Assembly (NCBI GenBank): GCA_965649765.1
Contig: OZ287758.1
Location: 20,832,001 to 20,896,000 of the forward strand
Reading direction: 5' to 3'
From: Bispira polyomma
Taxonomy: Eukaryota
Length of the DNA stretch: 64,000 nt
Below are positions 49,501-62,530 of this stretch, one piece after another. The translations under genes and the position numbers were made by a program. Below the pieces are notes generated by a model. It was not told the origin of the DNA, made no database searches, and saw only the letters and a program-made list of their open reading frames with translations. The stretch's first letter is position 1. The number at the start of each line of letters is the position of its first letter.

Positions 49501-51021
49501 GAATATTTATGGGTTTTGTTTTGAGAACTAATTTTCATATGGACAGTGCTGCCTCTCCCATGACATTACTTTTTTTGACCTTGGACACAGTAAAATGACA
49601 CAGTTAGAGTATATTTGTTTGATAACTATGTCATTAATAGCAACCTATTTACAAACTGAGTTTAAGGTCACCTTACTGAGTTGGGTTGGACACCACCAGG
49701 TAAGTATACATCTAGTATTAAAGTGGTCAAAAACAAATCAGAGAAGAAAATCACCTGACATTAGACAGTTACCAAAACTGAATAACATTTGACCATGTCC
49801 AGCGAGGGCAGCTATTGCACTTTTCCAAAAGTACCTCTGCCAGTACAGGCTACACTACTGGCTGATAGGTACCTTGATACATTTTCAAGTCTTTTAAAGA
49901 TCAGTCTGACAATTTTAGACATAGGTGGTAACTGTAACAGTGAACTACAGCTAGTTGATAGTCTAATTGTATCACTAATACAGTACTGTATTTCTTAGAA
50001 CATAAACTTGTAGAGTGCCTCAATTTTAGTACATAAAATAGTCACTGCCAGAGGAAAAGTAGGCATCACAAAAAAGGGAATGTAATTATTTTGTTTTCAT
50101 CCCAGAGCTCTTTTCTTCAGACTTCTCCTGACTTTAAACATCTCATAAATACTTCACGAGACCAAAAATCAAACAATAATCCTGTGAAGCTATTATTACT
50201 TTCTTGCCAATAGGGAAATGAAACTTTGAGGGCTTGTTTTCTTTTTCTTCTCAAGATTTACTTCCATTTAGCATCCCTTCATGAATTTTTATCACTTTGC
50301 TAAATGTCAATGTTTCTTAAGGAATTCCGCTGAGAGTTTTAAAACTCCACAAGATGGCAAATAAATTGCAATGAAATACTGCACTATTTCAGCATAAAGA
50401 GGAGGGAAATGCACGAAACAAAAACTCTTAATTTAAGAGAAAACTTTGAACACTTCAAGGAACTGACTTTCTCTAGGGACACTTCATCACACAGACAAAT
50501 CGATAAAGTAGGGGCATACAAAAAATAATTTTATCAAACCAAAATAGTAGTAAATATTGCAGTAGAACAATACGTTTCGCACATCTTCTGATGAAGCTGT
50601 ATGCTTTTTACTTAATGTCAATGCGAAGTAATATGACAGTCACTAAATGATCGTAACACCTAAAGTCTCAAAGTGATTACTTAGATTAGGCATTATTTGA
50701 GGATAACTTCTATCTTATTTTATGTTAAACAAATGAATACGGTCAGATAAGTAAATTTTTATGGTGATGTTTAAAACTTACAACATTAAAATTATCAATT
50801 GAAATCAAATTTGGATTTTTAAAAGATAATATTTTTGTGTTAAATAATCAACGGAGAAAAATAGACACAATTATGACCCGGACCCGATTCTGACCATCCG
50901 TATAATTCTACAAAATTTTACAACACAAAGCAGTAATTGACCATACTATATACATCATATCATGTTCATATTTATGTACTACATTTACCATTGATCAAAG
51001 CCCATTAACATATGTTATATA

Positions 51022-51256
51022 GAGGGGTGGACAACTTAGTGGACGGTGGAAAGCTTAGCGGACAGTAAGTAAAAATGTACACAGTTTATCGATTTAATAA
51101 ATAATCTTGACACGTTTTGGATGCAAAGTTTGCATATACAATAAAATTAGTGGGTTAAGTACTTTATATTTTACAGATGCCTTTTTAAATGCAACAAATT
51201 TTGTTTTAAGTTACTGTCCGCTATCGCTGTCCTGTCCGCTAAGCTGTCCACCCCTG
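51022..51256. mobile_element. Tc1/mariner-type MITE
   Basis: TIRs (C/G)AGGGGTGGACA(A/G)CTTAG(T/C)GGAC with internally repeated TAGCGGACAG, flanked by TA on both sides. Confidence 0.85.
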
Positions 51257-51712
51257 TAACTCCACAACAGCTATATAATTCCACCCCAGAATTACCTCTC
51301 AGTCCCACAAATCTTGGTCTATGTTAAAGGACACCCAGATATATCTTGTGCTCCCTGTATGTCAGACATTTAGCCAGAAGTGGCCAGAACCTTTCCACCG
51401 TGTGCCACATCTAAATAATTCAAAAAGCTCATATATCTCCAAGCTCACCCTTTCTCACTCTCAGTGACATGAATAATTGGTGGATGGCAAACCCTTTTGA
51501 TTTTTACCTACACTCAATTGGCTGGACAACAACATTCTGACCTTGGAGGTTGACATTTAGCTCTAGGACATCTGAGGATGGTAGGTCAGTGACGTCAGGT
51601 ATCAGATAAAATTGTAGCATACCACTTATGTTAAGCCCCTCCAGGAGAAGGAACTAGGCACGACATTTTATAAGAAGTTAGCGTGTACCTTAATATATCT
51701 CACAGGGACAAA

Positions 51713-51821
51713 GTCTATTATACTAAAGATGAGTACTAAAGGCCAGTTATGTTGTAGCCTGAGGTGTTTTATTCATATTGACCTAAATATGAATATGCCA
51801 GAGGCTTAGTTAAGAATAGAC
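51713..51821. repeat. Degenerate palindromic element
   Basis: Ends gtctatt/aatagac, inner gcctgagg/ccagaggc, central attcatatt/aatatgaat. Confidence 0.45.
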
Positions 51822-52363
51822 AATAACGTTTGCTTATGGAAGCCGTTCTGTCCCTTTTCGTGACTTTGTTGGCAAAATAACAGCAAGAAATCTCGCTAAA
51901 AAAGGGACAGATTATTCGGTGTACAAAGTATCAGAGTATGCCACAATGAAGACATCATCTCTAAGCAATCCTTAAATACCAAAAACTTATAACTAGTACT
52001 TGGTGACAGCAATGGTAATTATATGCTGCTAGGTAGACAGTTTAATACAATTTATAATAACTTTTATATAGATGACATAGTCATGTCTGTAGTCATGTAC
52101 ATTGGTATACCAAACCCTCATTGCTAAAATGGTAAGACTTGATCAAATCGTAGAGATTTCTACATCAAACCAAGTCTGTGTGCAGTGACACTGATATGTA
52201 GTTTATTTACCTAAACTAGCTCTTTATTAGGTGATTTATGTTGAACATTTGGGAAATTTGAGATATTATAAATGTCAACACTAGTATATATAACATACCT
52301 GACACACATTGCCCTTTATTTAGATCATACAACTATACTTGCACATTCAATACAACATCTTAC

Positions 52364-52429
52364 CTTTGCAATTCTTTGGTCACGGTGATCAAGAATTCTG
52401 TATTTTAGTCCGCACCAACTGTTTTCTAT
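52364..52429 (-). other. Isolated 66-nt exon with strong splice sites; open only in phase 0 (IENSWCGLKYRILDHRDQRIAK); either a 5'-UTR exon of the LGIC-like gene or a coding exon of another gene
   Basis: tcttttgtcttacag|...GCAAAG|gtaaga; contains no ATG. Confidence 0.5.
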
Positions 52430-55400
52430 CTGTAAGACAAAAGATATGTTTTTATAAGATTTATATAAGTGGTATATTTTGATATTCACAGAAAGTGCAC
52501 ATCAGATAAACGTCCCAGTGTCACACACAAGTGAAAAAAACTAGATAAATCACTCCCTGTCTATTTGTCTCATTTGATTACACACTATTATTGTGACCTA
52601 AGATAGAAATGCACATAAGAGTTTGAAAAAAGAACTAAACTATTTGCAAAACAAATCTATAAAGAATGCAATTTACATAAATTTAAGCAGTGTGCTATTT
52701 TATAATTAATGTGTGTTTATTGACAAACTGTCTCTACATGTTTTCATCCCATTATCTTAAAAGTCCTTTTTACTAGCACCCCATGGAATTTGCTAATGCA
52801 CTGCTGACAAATGTGATGGTTTGCAGAAGACAATAGTGAAGAAGTCTATGTAAAAGAAATGGTCCCTTGTGACGAAAACACTGCCTACTACTAATATCCA
52901 TCCAGAGGATGCTTATTATGATGAGGCTTAAGAGATAACATTTTATTTGAAAGCTAGTAATAAACAAGTGTATATATAGTTTAATCTATAATAGGAACAA
53001 ATCTGACTGTTGTAAAATGTTAGTTCTGTTTATGTTTCTTCACCACTCCAATGTCTTTGACCAACCACGTTTCATAAACCAAATTTGTGCACCAGTTTTT
53101 GGTGCAGTACACAAGCCATTGCAGTATAGTCACACAATGGTGTGAAATGTTGCTTTTGCATATAAAAAAAAAAAAAAAATACTTAAGTAAACTACAGGAC
53201 ACAAGAGTGTGTCAGACTCGTCAAAATGTGCGGTCATCAGAGGTGTACTTGTAAACAAAGAGGAATTGTTTCTGTTTCATAAATTGGATGTTGTTTTAAC
53301 ACTTAGCATTCCCAGACACAGATGGGATTGACTGGAGAGTCTGTCTGCTGTTGTCTCTACATCATGGCTGGCCAAAAAAACAACAATTCATTACAGGCCA
53401 AAAGAGTTGTGGTGTCATCAATCATTTTGCCTGTATCTCTTGAGATATACATTTATATATTAGCTGTATGTCTGTAATCTATTTGCATCTATCAATTTTC
53501 AAAAATATGTTTTAATACATTTTTCACTTGGTTTTTAATATGAGCTGAGATATTCAGTTTTAAGCTTTCATCAATCCAGGCCCTTGGGGACTTGCAGCCT
53601 AAAACCATAGCACGGCCTCTTACCTCCTTCAAAAAAAGAGGCCAGCTCTTCTGTTTTAACCCCTGCTTTTTGGCCTCTGCATGCTGTTAAAATATTCATA
53701 GGGCTGAGTACAAAGGGCCAATGTGACAAGCCTCCCTTTTCAGCTTGATTACACCGAGTCGTATATCTTAGTCAAAAGCCAGATGTAAATCTTCAAAGGC
53801 TTACTTCGCCAATTGTGCCTCAGGCTCTTTGCACTTCAGATTTGGGTTTTCATATAAATGATGGTCTCTACACTTTCTAACTTCATACTTTACTTGATGC
53901 ATATGCTATCTCTATCTTAAGCTACTTTAAAACCACAAATATATTTACTATGTATATCATGTATCTATTCTAAGCTTCTTTGAAACCACAAATCTATATT
54001 ATACCTGACTTTCAAGAGGCCCATATTTGATCATTGTCTATTTTTCTTGAGTTAATTTGTACAGGCATAAATTATGCAAAACTGCCAACGTCAGTTACAT
54101 GCAAGGCTAATTTGGGTTCCTAGTCTCATAAACCCAGTCCATTTATAGATATTATATGTCTATACAATGCATACATACCATTTTAAAAAATTGTTAAAAC
54201 GGCTGATGTACCTGCATCATTTGTCACACTTGATCCAATATAGACCTGCCCATATGTATCTGAGACCCCTCACCCTGCTGGCGAACAGTGTTGTCTATTT
54301 GTTCCTCGTCAGTAAATTGACTTAATTCCTTCCTAATACCACTGAGAGAACATAGAGTGACGTGAGATGTTATCATGTTATCTAGGACACCCACTCTAGC
54401 ATCTGGCTGTATGTGGTGGTGTGTCTGCAGAAGGCCTGGGCTAATTAATTGGAAAGTAATCCAATTACAACCAATCTACTAATGCTATTTGTGCTTGTCA
54501 AATTGGGTACACGTTGTTAAGCATGTCAAAGGCACAACAAACTGGCAAGTTTTACAACTACTAGTGAAAACTTCTAACAAACAAGATTGACATCTTTGGT
54601 CTGTTTGGTTCACGGCCCCCTTCTAATGACGCTCTAGTATAGATTGACAGATCACTATGGACAAAGATGGCCACTTTAAATGGACGCCTCTGTCATTGGG
54701 TCCACTAGGAATAGGAGTATTTGTAAAATGTGATTGAACAATCAAGATTTATCATGTTTTGAGTTTAAATGGCAAACAACAGTGAAGTATCTTAGGAAAA
54801 AAAATGAACCATAGATGCTGCAATTACACAGCCAGAATATGAAATCATTATACTGTAAATGAGTGAATTGAAAATATAAAAGAATGAACATGCGACAAAA
54901 TTGGAAAGTAGTTTCTGGGATAAAGTTTGGTGTTGCCAATATTCTGGACATGAAGTTCATAACAGTCTCCTAGGTCAAAATAAAAAATGTGTCAGATGTT
55001 GACGTTGCAAACATGCACTGCTAAATAAGTACGTCTGTCATATATGAACTTCCAATACCCGAATGTTGTATTATACTACTTGAAATATTATTTTCCTGTA
55101 TTTTTAGTTTATCATGTCCATTAGTCAAAAATTAAAATCCCTATCATGAATGCATGTTAACCATAGCCTATGCTGGCAGCTTTCTACATGAAAGGTATAA
55201 AGTACCATATTTTAAAAATTCAAACATGGAGACACGTTATTTATTACAACATTCTACAAAACATTCAAACTTTCTTAGTTGGAAAAGAAATCCATTTCGT
55301 GTAATATGCAGAGATTTTGCTGCTGTAGCCCAGATTGAGGATATAACTTTTATAAACAGGGTACTCTCCTTTATGATTAACTGCGTGCTAATTTTGAAGT

Positions 55401-55599
55401 CATGCAGTCAACAGCTCATTTATTGGTACAGGGACAAAGAAGAAAAGCCACTGATCTCAGAGTCTCTTTAATAGCAAACATCAAATAATCAGGACAGGTA
55501 AACAACTAATATGACCCCACTGGATTGTTTGCATAATTAATTCAATAATCTGGTACAGTAATATAAATTGGTCCAATAATATAAACTTCATCATTTTTT

Positions 55600-55680
55600 C
55601 ACTGGCCTCTCACCAATGTGGGTCCGGATGTTATTTGTTCCTTAATGTGAGAAAGTTTGTCGAAATATATGGTCAGTTTT
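55600..55680 (+). mobile_element. Highly degenerate SINE remnant
   Basis: tcactggcctctcacca...atgtgagaaagt matches the head/body junction of the 4328 family. Confidence 0.35.
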
Positions 55681-56476
55681 TTTTGTTTTTTTGCCCTTTA
55701 TGTTTACTAAGTATATATGTTTTCATAACTGGGAAAATATGCCATAAAATGTGGTGCTCAACCAAAACAGGTTGATCCTGTTTTTTTTCAGGGCTTCTAA
55801 ATATGAAAATATATCAGATATTGATATTAGAACCCATTATTTTATTAAGAAGCACCAAGCGTAACAAAATCATATTTATCTTACCAGTTATGCTTGATTT
55901 GGAGTGTAGGAGTGACATTAAAGTCAAGGATTGAAGTACACTTTCTATTTAGAGCTGACCATATACATATTTATAGAGGTTCATCAGAAATCTGATAATA
56001 ATTACAAATATACTAACAAAATATATTAACAAAAACCCCAACTAGATGGAATCTAAACTTGACTGGCGGATAGGCAATATAACCAGAGCAGAAGTCTTTA
56101 CAAAAGAGGGTGACAGAAAGCTGTAGGTCTGCCAGATCTAGCGACCCGTCTGCCATACCTAATGTACCAATCGGTGACGAGAAGAACTAATTTGTTTTCC
56201 TAGCTTTGATAATTTTGAAGAAAAAAAACAACACATGAGGATTATTTTTTTTCTCTACTTTATATGGAGCTGGGAGGAGTTCAGGTTGATTAACAAACTT
56301 GCCAGGGTAGACACTGAGTAAGTTAAAAAAGAGCAGTGAGCAATGATTGCATCATATTAGCTAACTGATTAGTTATAAATTTTGTGGTGTATACATTTAC
56401 TGCACTATTTTTGCAATAAAAACGACATTGTGAAGTGTGTCATGTATTTCTCTGCAGGTGAACACTAACAATCCAA

Positions 56477-56722
56477 TCCAGGGGCCATATTCATATAAGT
56501 TAACCGTATCCAGGGGCCATATTCATATAAGCTAACTGTATCCAGGGGCCATATTCATATAAGCTAACTGTATCCAAGGGCCATATTCATATAAGCTAAC
56601 TGTATCCAAGGGCCATAATTATATAAGCTAACCGTATCCAAGGGCCATATTTATATAAGCTAACCATATCCAGGGGCCATAATTATATAAGCTAACCGTA
56701 TCTAGGGGCCATATTCATATAA
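56477..56722. repeat. 32-bp minisatellite (TCCAGGGGCCATATTCATATAAGCTAACYGTA), about 8 copies
   Basis: Units start at 56477, 56509, 56541, 56573, 56605, 56637, 56669 and 56701. Confidence 0.95.
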
Positions 56723-59700
56723 ACTATGAATGCATGTGAAAGCAGTCGATTAGATGTATAGCTAATGTAATGCTTCCTAGATTTAAGTAGACTTAAAGAA
56801 AATGTAGACTTATGTCCTTTTTGGTTAAATCTGACCCCTGTGTATCAAATGTGTGAGTACAGTAATACCTAATATATTGTTAGTTCAAACTCTATAAATA
56901 TCTATGTGATGTAGACATTTTGTTAAAACACATATCCTATCTATGGAATTACGTATATTTGGTTAAGCCACAGATTTTGTCCACAGACTTATGTAACTTG
57001 TAGATTCAAGTTTGCTGTTTTGTTTAATAGACTTGTTTGCATCCAACATGTGAATACAACTATTTCTAATGTAATGCAGTTCAAAGGCATTAACAATTTA
57101 TATCAAATGGATAGATTTTTAAAAATAGATGACATCTAAGCACATTACCAGCAATACTTTGTTATTTGGGGAATAACCCATGACAAAGCAGGATTTTACC
57201 CCAATTGTAGGCATAGTCACAGTAAGGTAAAGCGAAGTAATACTGTCTCCTCCATTTCTACGTGGTAGTCCATAATTTTACCATGGTTTTAAACCAACCA
57301 GAATCAACGACACAAGATTGTCATGTAAGAATTCAACTTTTATAATACTTACACATTATATATCGTCCAAGAATCAGTACTCAGTAAAAATATTTGCACA
57401 TTCTATACTTTTACAGAAATCTAAGTTGTATGGTATAGGTTGTGGCAGTCACTTTTGTTTTATACAATTCTTGTTTGATTTTCACAAAGCCCTTATCAAA
57501 TTTTTAGGTGTTATCTAAAGAAAAGCCTGTCATTTGTAGAGCCATATAGAGGCTAGCATAAGGACCTGCCAAGGAGGAATAACCTACTAAATTCCATAGA
57601 TAGAGTAACTGGATTATAGTGGCTATTTCCTGGTAATACCAAGTATGGTAGGATACTAGTAGTTAATATTCTTTAACCCATGTGATAGTTCAATGACTTT
57701 ATAAAGCAGAAACCTGGCTTTAAAAACAAAAAAAGCAAAAACTGTTACAATAAAGGTGACTGAGTGCTATTCACCTAAAAGTGTCTCGAAGTCAGATATG
57801 TTAATATAATTTATTCAATTTAAACAGTACATTTTGCTTTCAGCAATAACACATGTTTTTTTGTTTACTGTTAGAATGCCCTGTTCCACTACACAGTAAT
57901 TTTCTTTACAAACTGAACCTCATAACCTTTCATCAGTGAGAAATGACCAGTGTCTATTACCATAGACAATACGTGACATGCTTGAATGCCACCTGATTAA
58001 ACAAGCATGCGTTGCAGTTATGAACTATAAACACCCATATTCTGGGAGAAAAATCCTGCTCAAATTCACTTTCAACTCAAATAAAGGCTATAGATGGGAA
58101 TTGTTATATATGGAAATAACCTAGACTTGTGACTTTTTGTTTTAATAGGGCTTTTGTTACTGCATTCAAATATGCAATAATATCTTGCTTTAAGGTGACC
58201 CTGGCCGACTTTAGATTTTATGTTTTAACCTTAGATTTATGCTTATCTGATTTGAGCACGAGATTTGTTGGAGAATACTGCTAAAGGTTGCAAGGTTTCA
58301 CTAATTTAGCCGGAGGTCACCCTACTATTTGCAAAGATCCTTCTACATCTATTACTACCAGTCTACCTTTATGTTGTGTGTAATCAGATGGAAAGCTTTC
58401 CACTCACTGCCCACTCACTAGTGTGTGTATCTGTAACTGATCACAATGTCAGGCAGCAATGCACATGACTAGATTTCTGATCCATACTTCTGGTTTTTGG
58501 TTTTGTGTGTTGAGATGACAGTGTCAAAAAATACATGGCTACATCAGCTGTATATTGGTATATTTAGAGAGATATATTTTCCAATTCATATTTTACTTCT
58601 CACATGCCATTACATAGATGTGAGTTCAACACAAAAAGAAGGCTTAATCCGAAATTTTATCTCAACCAAGGAGGGTATAATTGTTGATTTGTTTTTTTTT
58701 GTATCATAAAGTTGAAGAAAGGCAGGACATTCACAAATATACTATTGTCATAAGGCACTATTGGTAATTAGAATTTAACAAACATTGACAACAACATACC
58801 AACAAAAACTAGCATACTCCACGTTTTCAGTTAGAAAATAAAAACCCTTTTACACAGATACATATTTACACTGTAAGAACAGATGTTTCTATATTTAGAC
58901 ATTTGCTCACATATATTTGTGACACCTTCTATTTCTGAATGTTTAACACTCACCACATATTTTCCTTCTAAAAATACTGTCCTTTTATCTATACACTTGA
59001 TTGTGTCTTAAGACAGTCAATTCTTTGATACAATTATTTGATCAGATATGTCTTTTCCACCCAAAAACAGCTGTCTACACTAACCAGCAAAAATACGGGT
59101 AATACCTTTTGCTATTTCTCACGGTTTCACATTACACATTTTTTCTTCACATGGTCAAGTTTAAGATAACTTAATCTTGTGGCTGTATTTAACGTCTTCC
59201 CCAAGCCACTAACCAGACATTTTCCCTTTAAATTATTAACTTGATTTCTTAATCTGCACCAACACTTTTTAAACAGAGGGTATGTCTAAAGCTGGCTTAA
59301 TAAATGAGGTATTCTATTGAATAATTAACAAACAGTAAGCGAGTGAAAAGCATTAGCCTCGTATTCGTAAATAAATCCAGATGTGAATGATGTGACCTGA
59401 ATAGGACTGGTATCCATTTAATAGCCGGATCAGCTGAATGTATAGAAATCTAAATGGACATAATTTATGTATAAAAAGGGGAGATTTGTAAGCCCATTGT
59501 GTGCCTGTGCCAGATGTAATCAATCTTGGCCGATTTCTGTGGAATGAACTGGGATCTTTCTCAGCAGGTCTGTGGACATTCTGTTCCTTATACTCTTAAC
59601 AACCACTGTTTTGTGTTAGTATTTATATATCATGTGACTTTAGGTGAAATCTACTCTCTATATTTTGTTTATTCATTCGATTTACAAGTGGCAAAAGCTA

Positions 59701-60451
59701 CTTTATGTAACAAGAAAGATTTTTCATGTGACAAGAACAGCATTAATTGAATAAACCTAAAGTATGTTGAGGCTTATAACCAATCCAGGTCCTAAGTACA
59801 TTTACACAAAAGGTCCAGGTAAAACTAAAGGTTACACAGCGCCAGCTGGTCTTAAATATAAATTAGAGTTTATGATTGGTATTCTGTTACTTTAAAGACT
59901 CTGTACAAACCAAATTCACAATTAGTTTAAAAAAGGCCGAATTTTGTTCAAAACATCCCAGAATAAAGGCTTAAAAGATCAAGCTGGAACAGTGTCTTTT
60001 TTTTCTGGTTGCCTTTGACAGTCCCATCATTATCTGTAGGACTCAATTTCTCCCCCAGTTGGCTGAGAGACAACCCCCATTATTGTTCATAATGTGCATT
60101 TATTTGAACTGAATAGACAGACCTTTGTGGTAGAGCCCCATTTTCTAGTCCACTTTGGCTTCAAAGTTAATGCTATCTCTTTATAGCATTTTTTCTTTCT
60201 TGCTATGATTCTGATGGGTTCATCATGGTGAATGGGACTTAACTGGATTGTTCCCTCATAATCTTGTAATACACAGGAAAATATAGCAAAAAATAGGCGT
60301 CTTTTACATTATCAGAAAAAGAAGGTTTTTACGTTCCAATGTTTATTGTTAAACTAAATACACTTTTTCTGAAATTTTAAATATTGACTCCATGGTTAAA
60401 AGTAATGTATCAAGATATATAGTTGCAAATTTCATTTCTAAAACCTTAGTA

Positions 60452-60610
60452 TCCCTACCAAGGAGGTTATGTTTGCATCCGGGTCCATTGGTTTGTCTGT
60501 CACGGCCCGCAGACTAAATACAAATGACTAAATACAAATGACTCAATTGATTTCCATCATATTTGGTGAAGCAATAGGACATGGACAAAGAAACATGCAT
60601 TAAATTGATG
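60452..60610 (+). mobile_element. Second HINE/DINE-1-like element (5' part)
   Basis: ccctaccaaggaggttatgtttg...gtttgtctgt...ggacatggacaaagaaacatgcattaaatt parallels 42484-42722. Confidence 0.45.
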
Positions 60611-61481
60611 TATTTTGCCACATTTGAAAAATGTTAACATAACACCATTACCACAATCCCAGTAAGATGATGCAGCAACATTGAAAGCTTATGAATGTAC
60701 ACGTTTTGGATGAAAGCAGATATAGGAAGGTAAAATTATCATAGATGCAAGATATATTGCTATCTTGACATTGACATTTTTATAAAGGTGAGATTATTCA
60801 ATTTAAATTTGATACTGCTATCAATATGCAGCCAGGATAGGTTTACATGGGACACTGTGAAATGTTGACAAAGGTACTAGCAAGTCTACCATTCTGCACT
60901 AATTTGTTGTTGGACAAATTGAAGGGGTGTTCATTTGGTCCAGTTTACTCGCACTAAATAGTGAGTCCCAGTAATCCAACCTTCTTACAAGGGAATGTAT
61001 TTACCACAGAGCAACGCCAACATAAAAAAATGATACCAAGTTTTACAGAAATCAAAGGGTTATAGATTATAAGGTATCCAATATCTCATTTAAAATTTAA
61101 ATTGTATCAATAAATCAATGGGAGTATTTAAAGAATACATTAGGCAACAATTGTACTTGTTAATGACTCAAATTCTATTTAGGTACTTCAGCAAATTTTT
61201 TAACTGTTGCTTCAGTCATTTGACAAAGTATTTCAGGGTAATACCCATTTGAAATAAAAGTATATATATAAAGTAACCTGATCTTTAGGTAATCACCCAT
61301 AAATAGTATTATTGCATTATATATTTTAACGATCTTTATAGGTGCAAGGCACAACAACCAAATTAACCCACTAATCATGACTCCTACAACATAACCTGGG
61401 CCGTCATCAGTTGGCAATAGCATCTGGACATCTTGCACAAGGATGTTATCCCACCAATAAATTTAGCGATATCGGTAAGAG

Positions 61482-61866
61482 TAGAACTGGAGACCTTCTG
61501 ATCACCAGACCAACTCCCTCCACTAGGAGTTAAACTAGGGACCTTCTGATCACCAGACCAACTCCCTCCACTAGGAGTTAAACTTGGGACCTTCTGATCA
61601 CCAGACCAACTCCCTCAGCTAGGAGTTAAACTAGGGACCTTCTGATCACCAGACCAACTCCCTCCACTAGGAGTTAAACTAGGGACCTTCTGATCACCAG
61701 ACCAACTCCCTCCACTAGGAGTTAAACTTGGGACCTTCTGATGACCAGACCAACTCCCTCCACTAGGAGTTAAACTTGGGACCTTCTGATGACCAGACCA
61801 ACTCCCTCCACTAGGAGTTAAACTAGGGACCTTCTGATCACCAGACCAACTTCCTAACCATTTGAA
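61482..61866 (-). repeat. 48-bp minisatellite, about 8 copies, derived from a tRNA-Thr-like SINE head
   Basis: Minus-strand unit GGGAGTTGGTCTGGTGATCAGAAGGTCCCTAGTTTAACTCCTAGTGGA, preceded once by aaatggttaggaag. It explains ORF 61615-61881. Confidence 0.93.
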
Positions 61867-62512
61867 CACAGGAAACCACAAATATATGTATTTATTATTT
61901 CATGTACTAAATATGTGTCTATGAGTAAACTTAAAACCTATCTCCTCCAACTCAGGTACCCCCTTAACTCCCTCCTAGTTCACTAACACATCCTTGCTTA
62001 CAACGTGGCTACACCATTGGTTAATGGATTGGGTTGTTGTGCTTTTGAATGTGCCTAGCATCATTAAAACATGTTGAAAATGCCTAATAAAACACGATAC
62101 AATACAAATAAAGTCTATCTTATCTATAAAATTATCACTGTGATTCGTTTCTCGGTTTGAGTTTTCTGCATACAGCATAGAAGGCTGACAATGACCTTCT
62201 TTCCATTAAGATGTCTCTTTTTTCAAGACTAAATAAATGAGGTGCCTATATCTATATGCATGCAAATCCAGTGGCTTAAGTGCATTAATTCGCCCTGTTT
62301 TACAAGATTTGCAGGGTCTGGTTGTTCCAGGGTTTAGGCCACTCCATATATAACAGTCCAAATTTCCTTGTGTCTACTCCTCCGGGGAATTCATGAGACT
62401 GCCACAGTCATAAACACTAGGCCCTTTAACCTCGAAGAGAAATTGAAGAAGATTCAAAATTGTAGTTGCATAAAGGCTGAAGCAGATTGCTGCAAAGTGA
62501 GATTTCTTTGAG

Positions 62513-62530
62513 GTGTGTGTGTGTGTGTGT
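62513..62530. repeat. (GT)n microsatellite
   Basis: Direct reading. Confidence 0.9.

Noticed and set aside
42948-61866. CRISPR-like arrays at 42948, 56477 and 61482
   Set aside because: Head-to-tail repeats with no unique spacers, no cas genes and a eukaryotic context.
61615-61881. Repetitive protein ORF (GGSWSGDQKVPSLTPS)n, and ORF 42829-43038
   Set aside because: By-products of 48-bp and 21-bp minisatellites whose unit lengths are multiples of 3.
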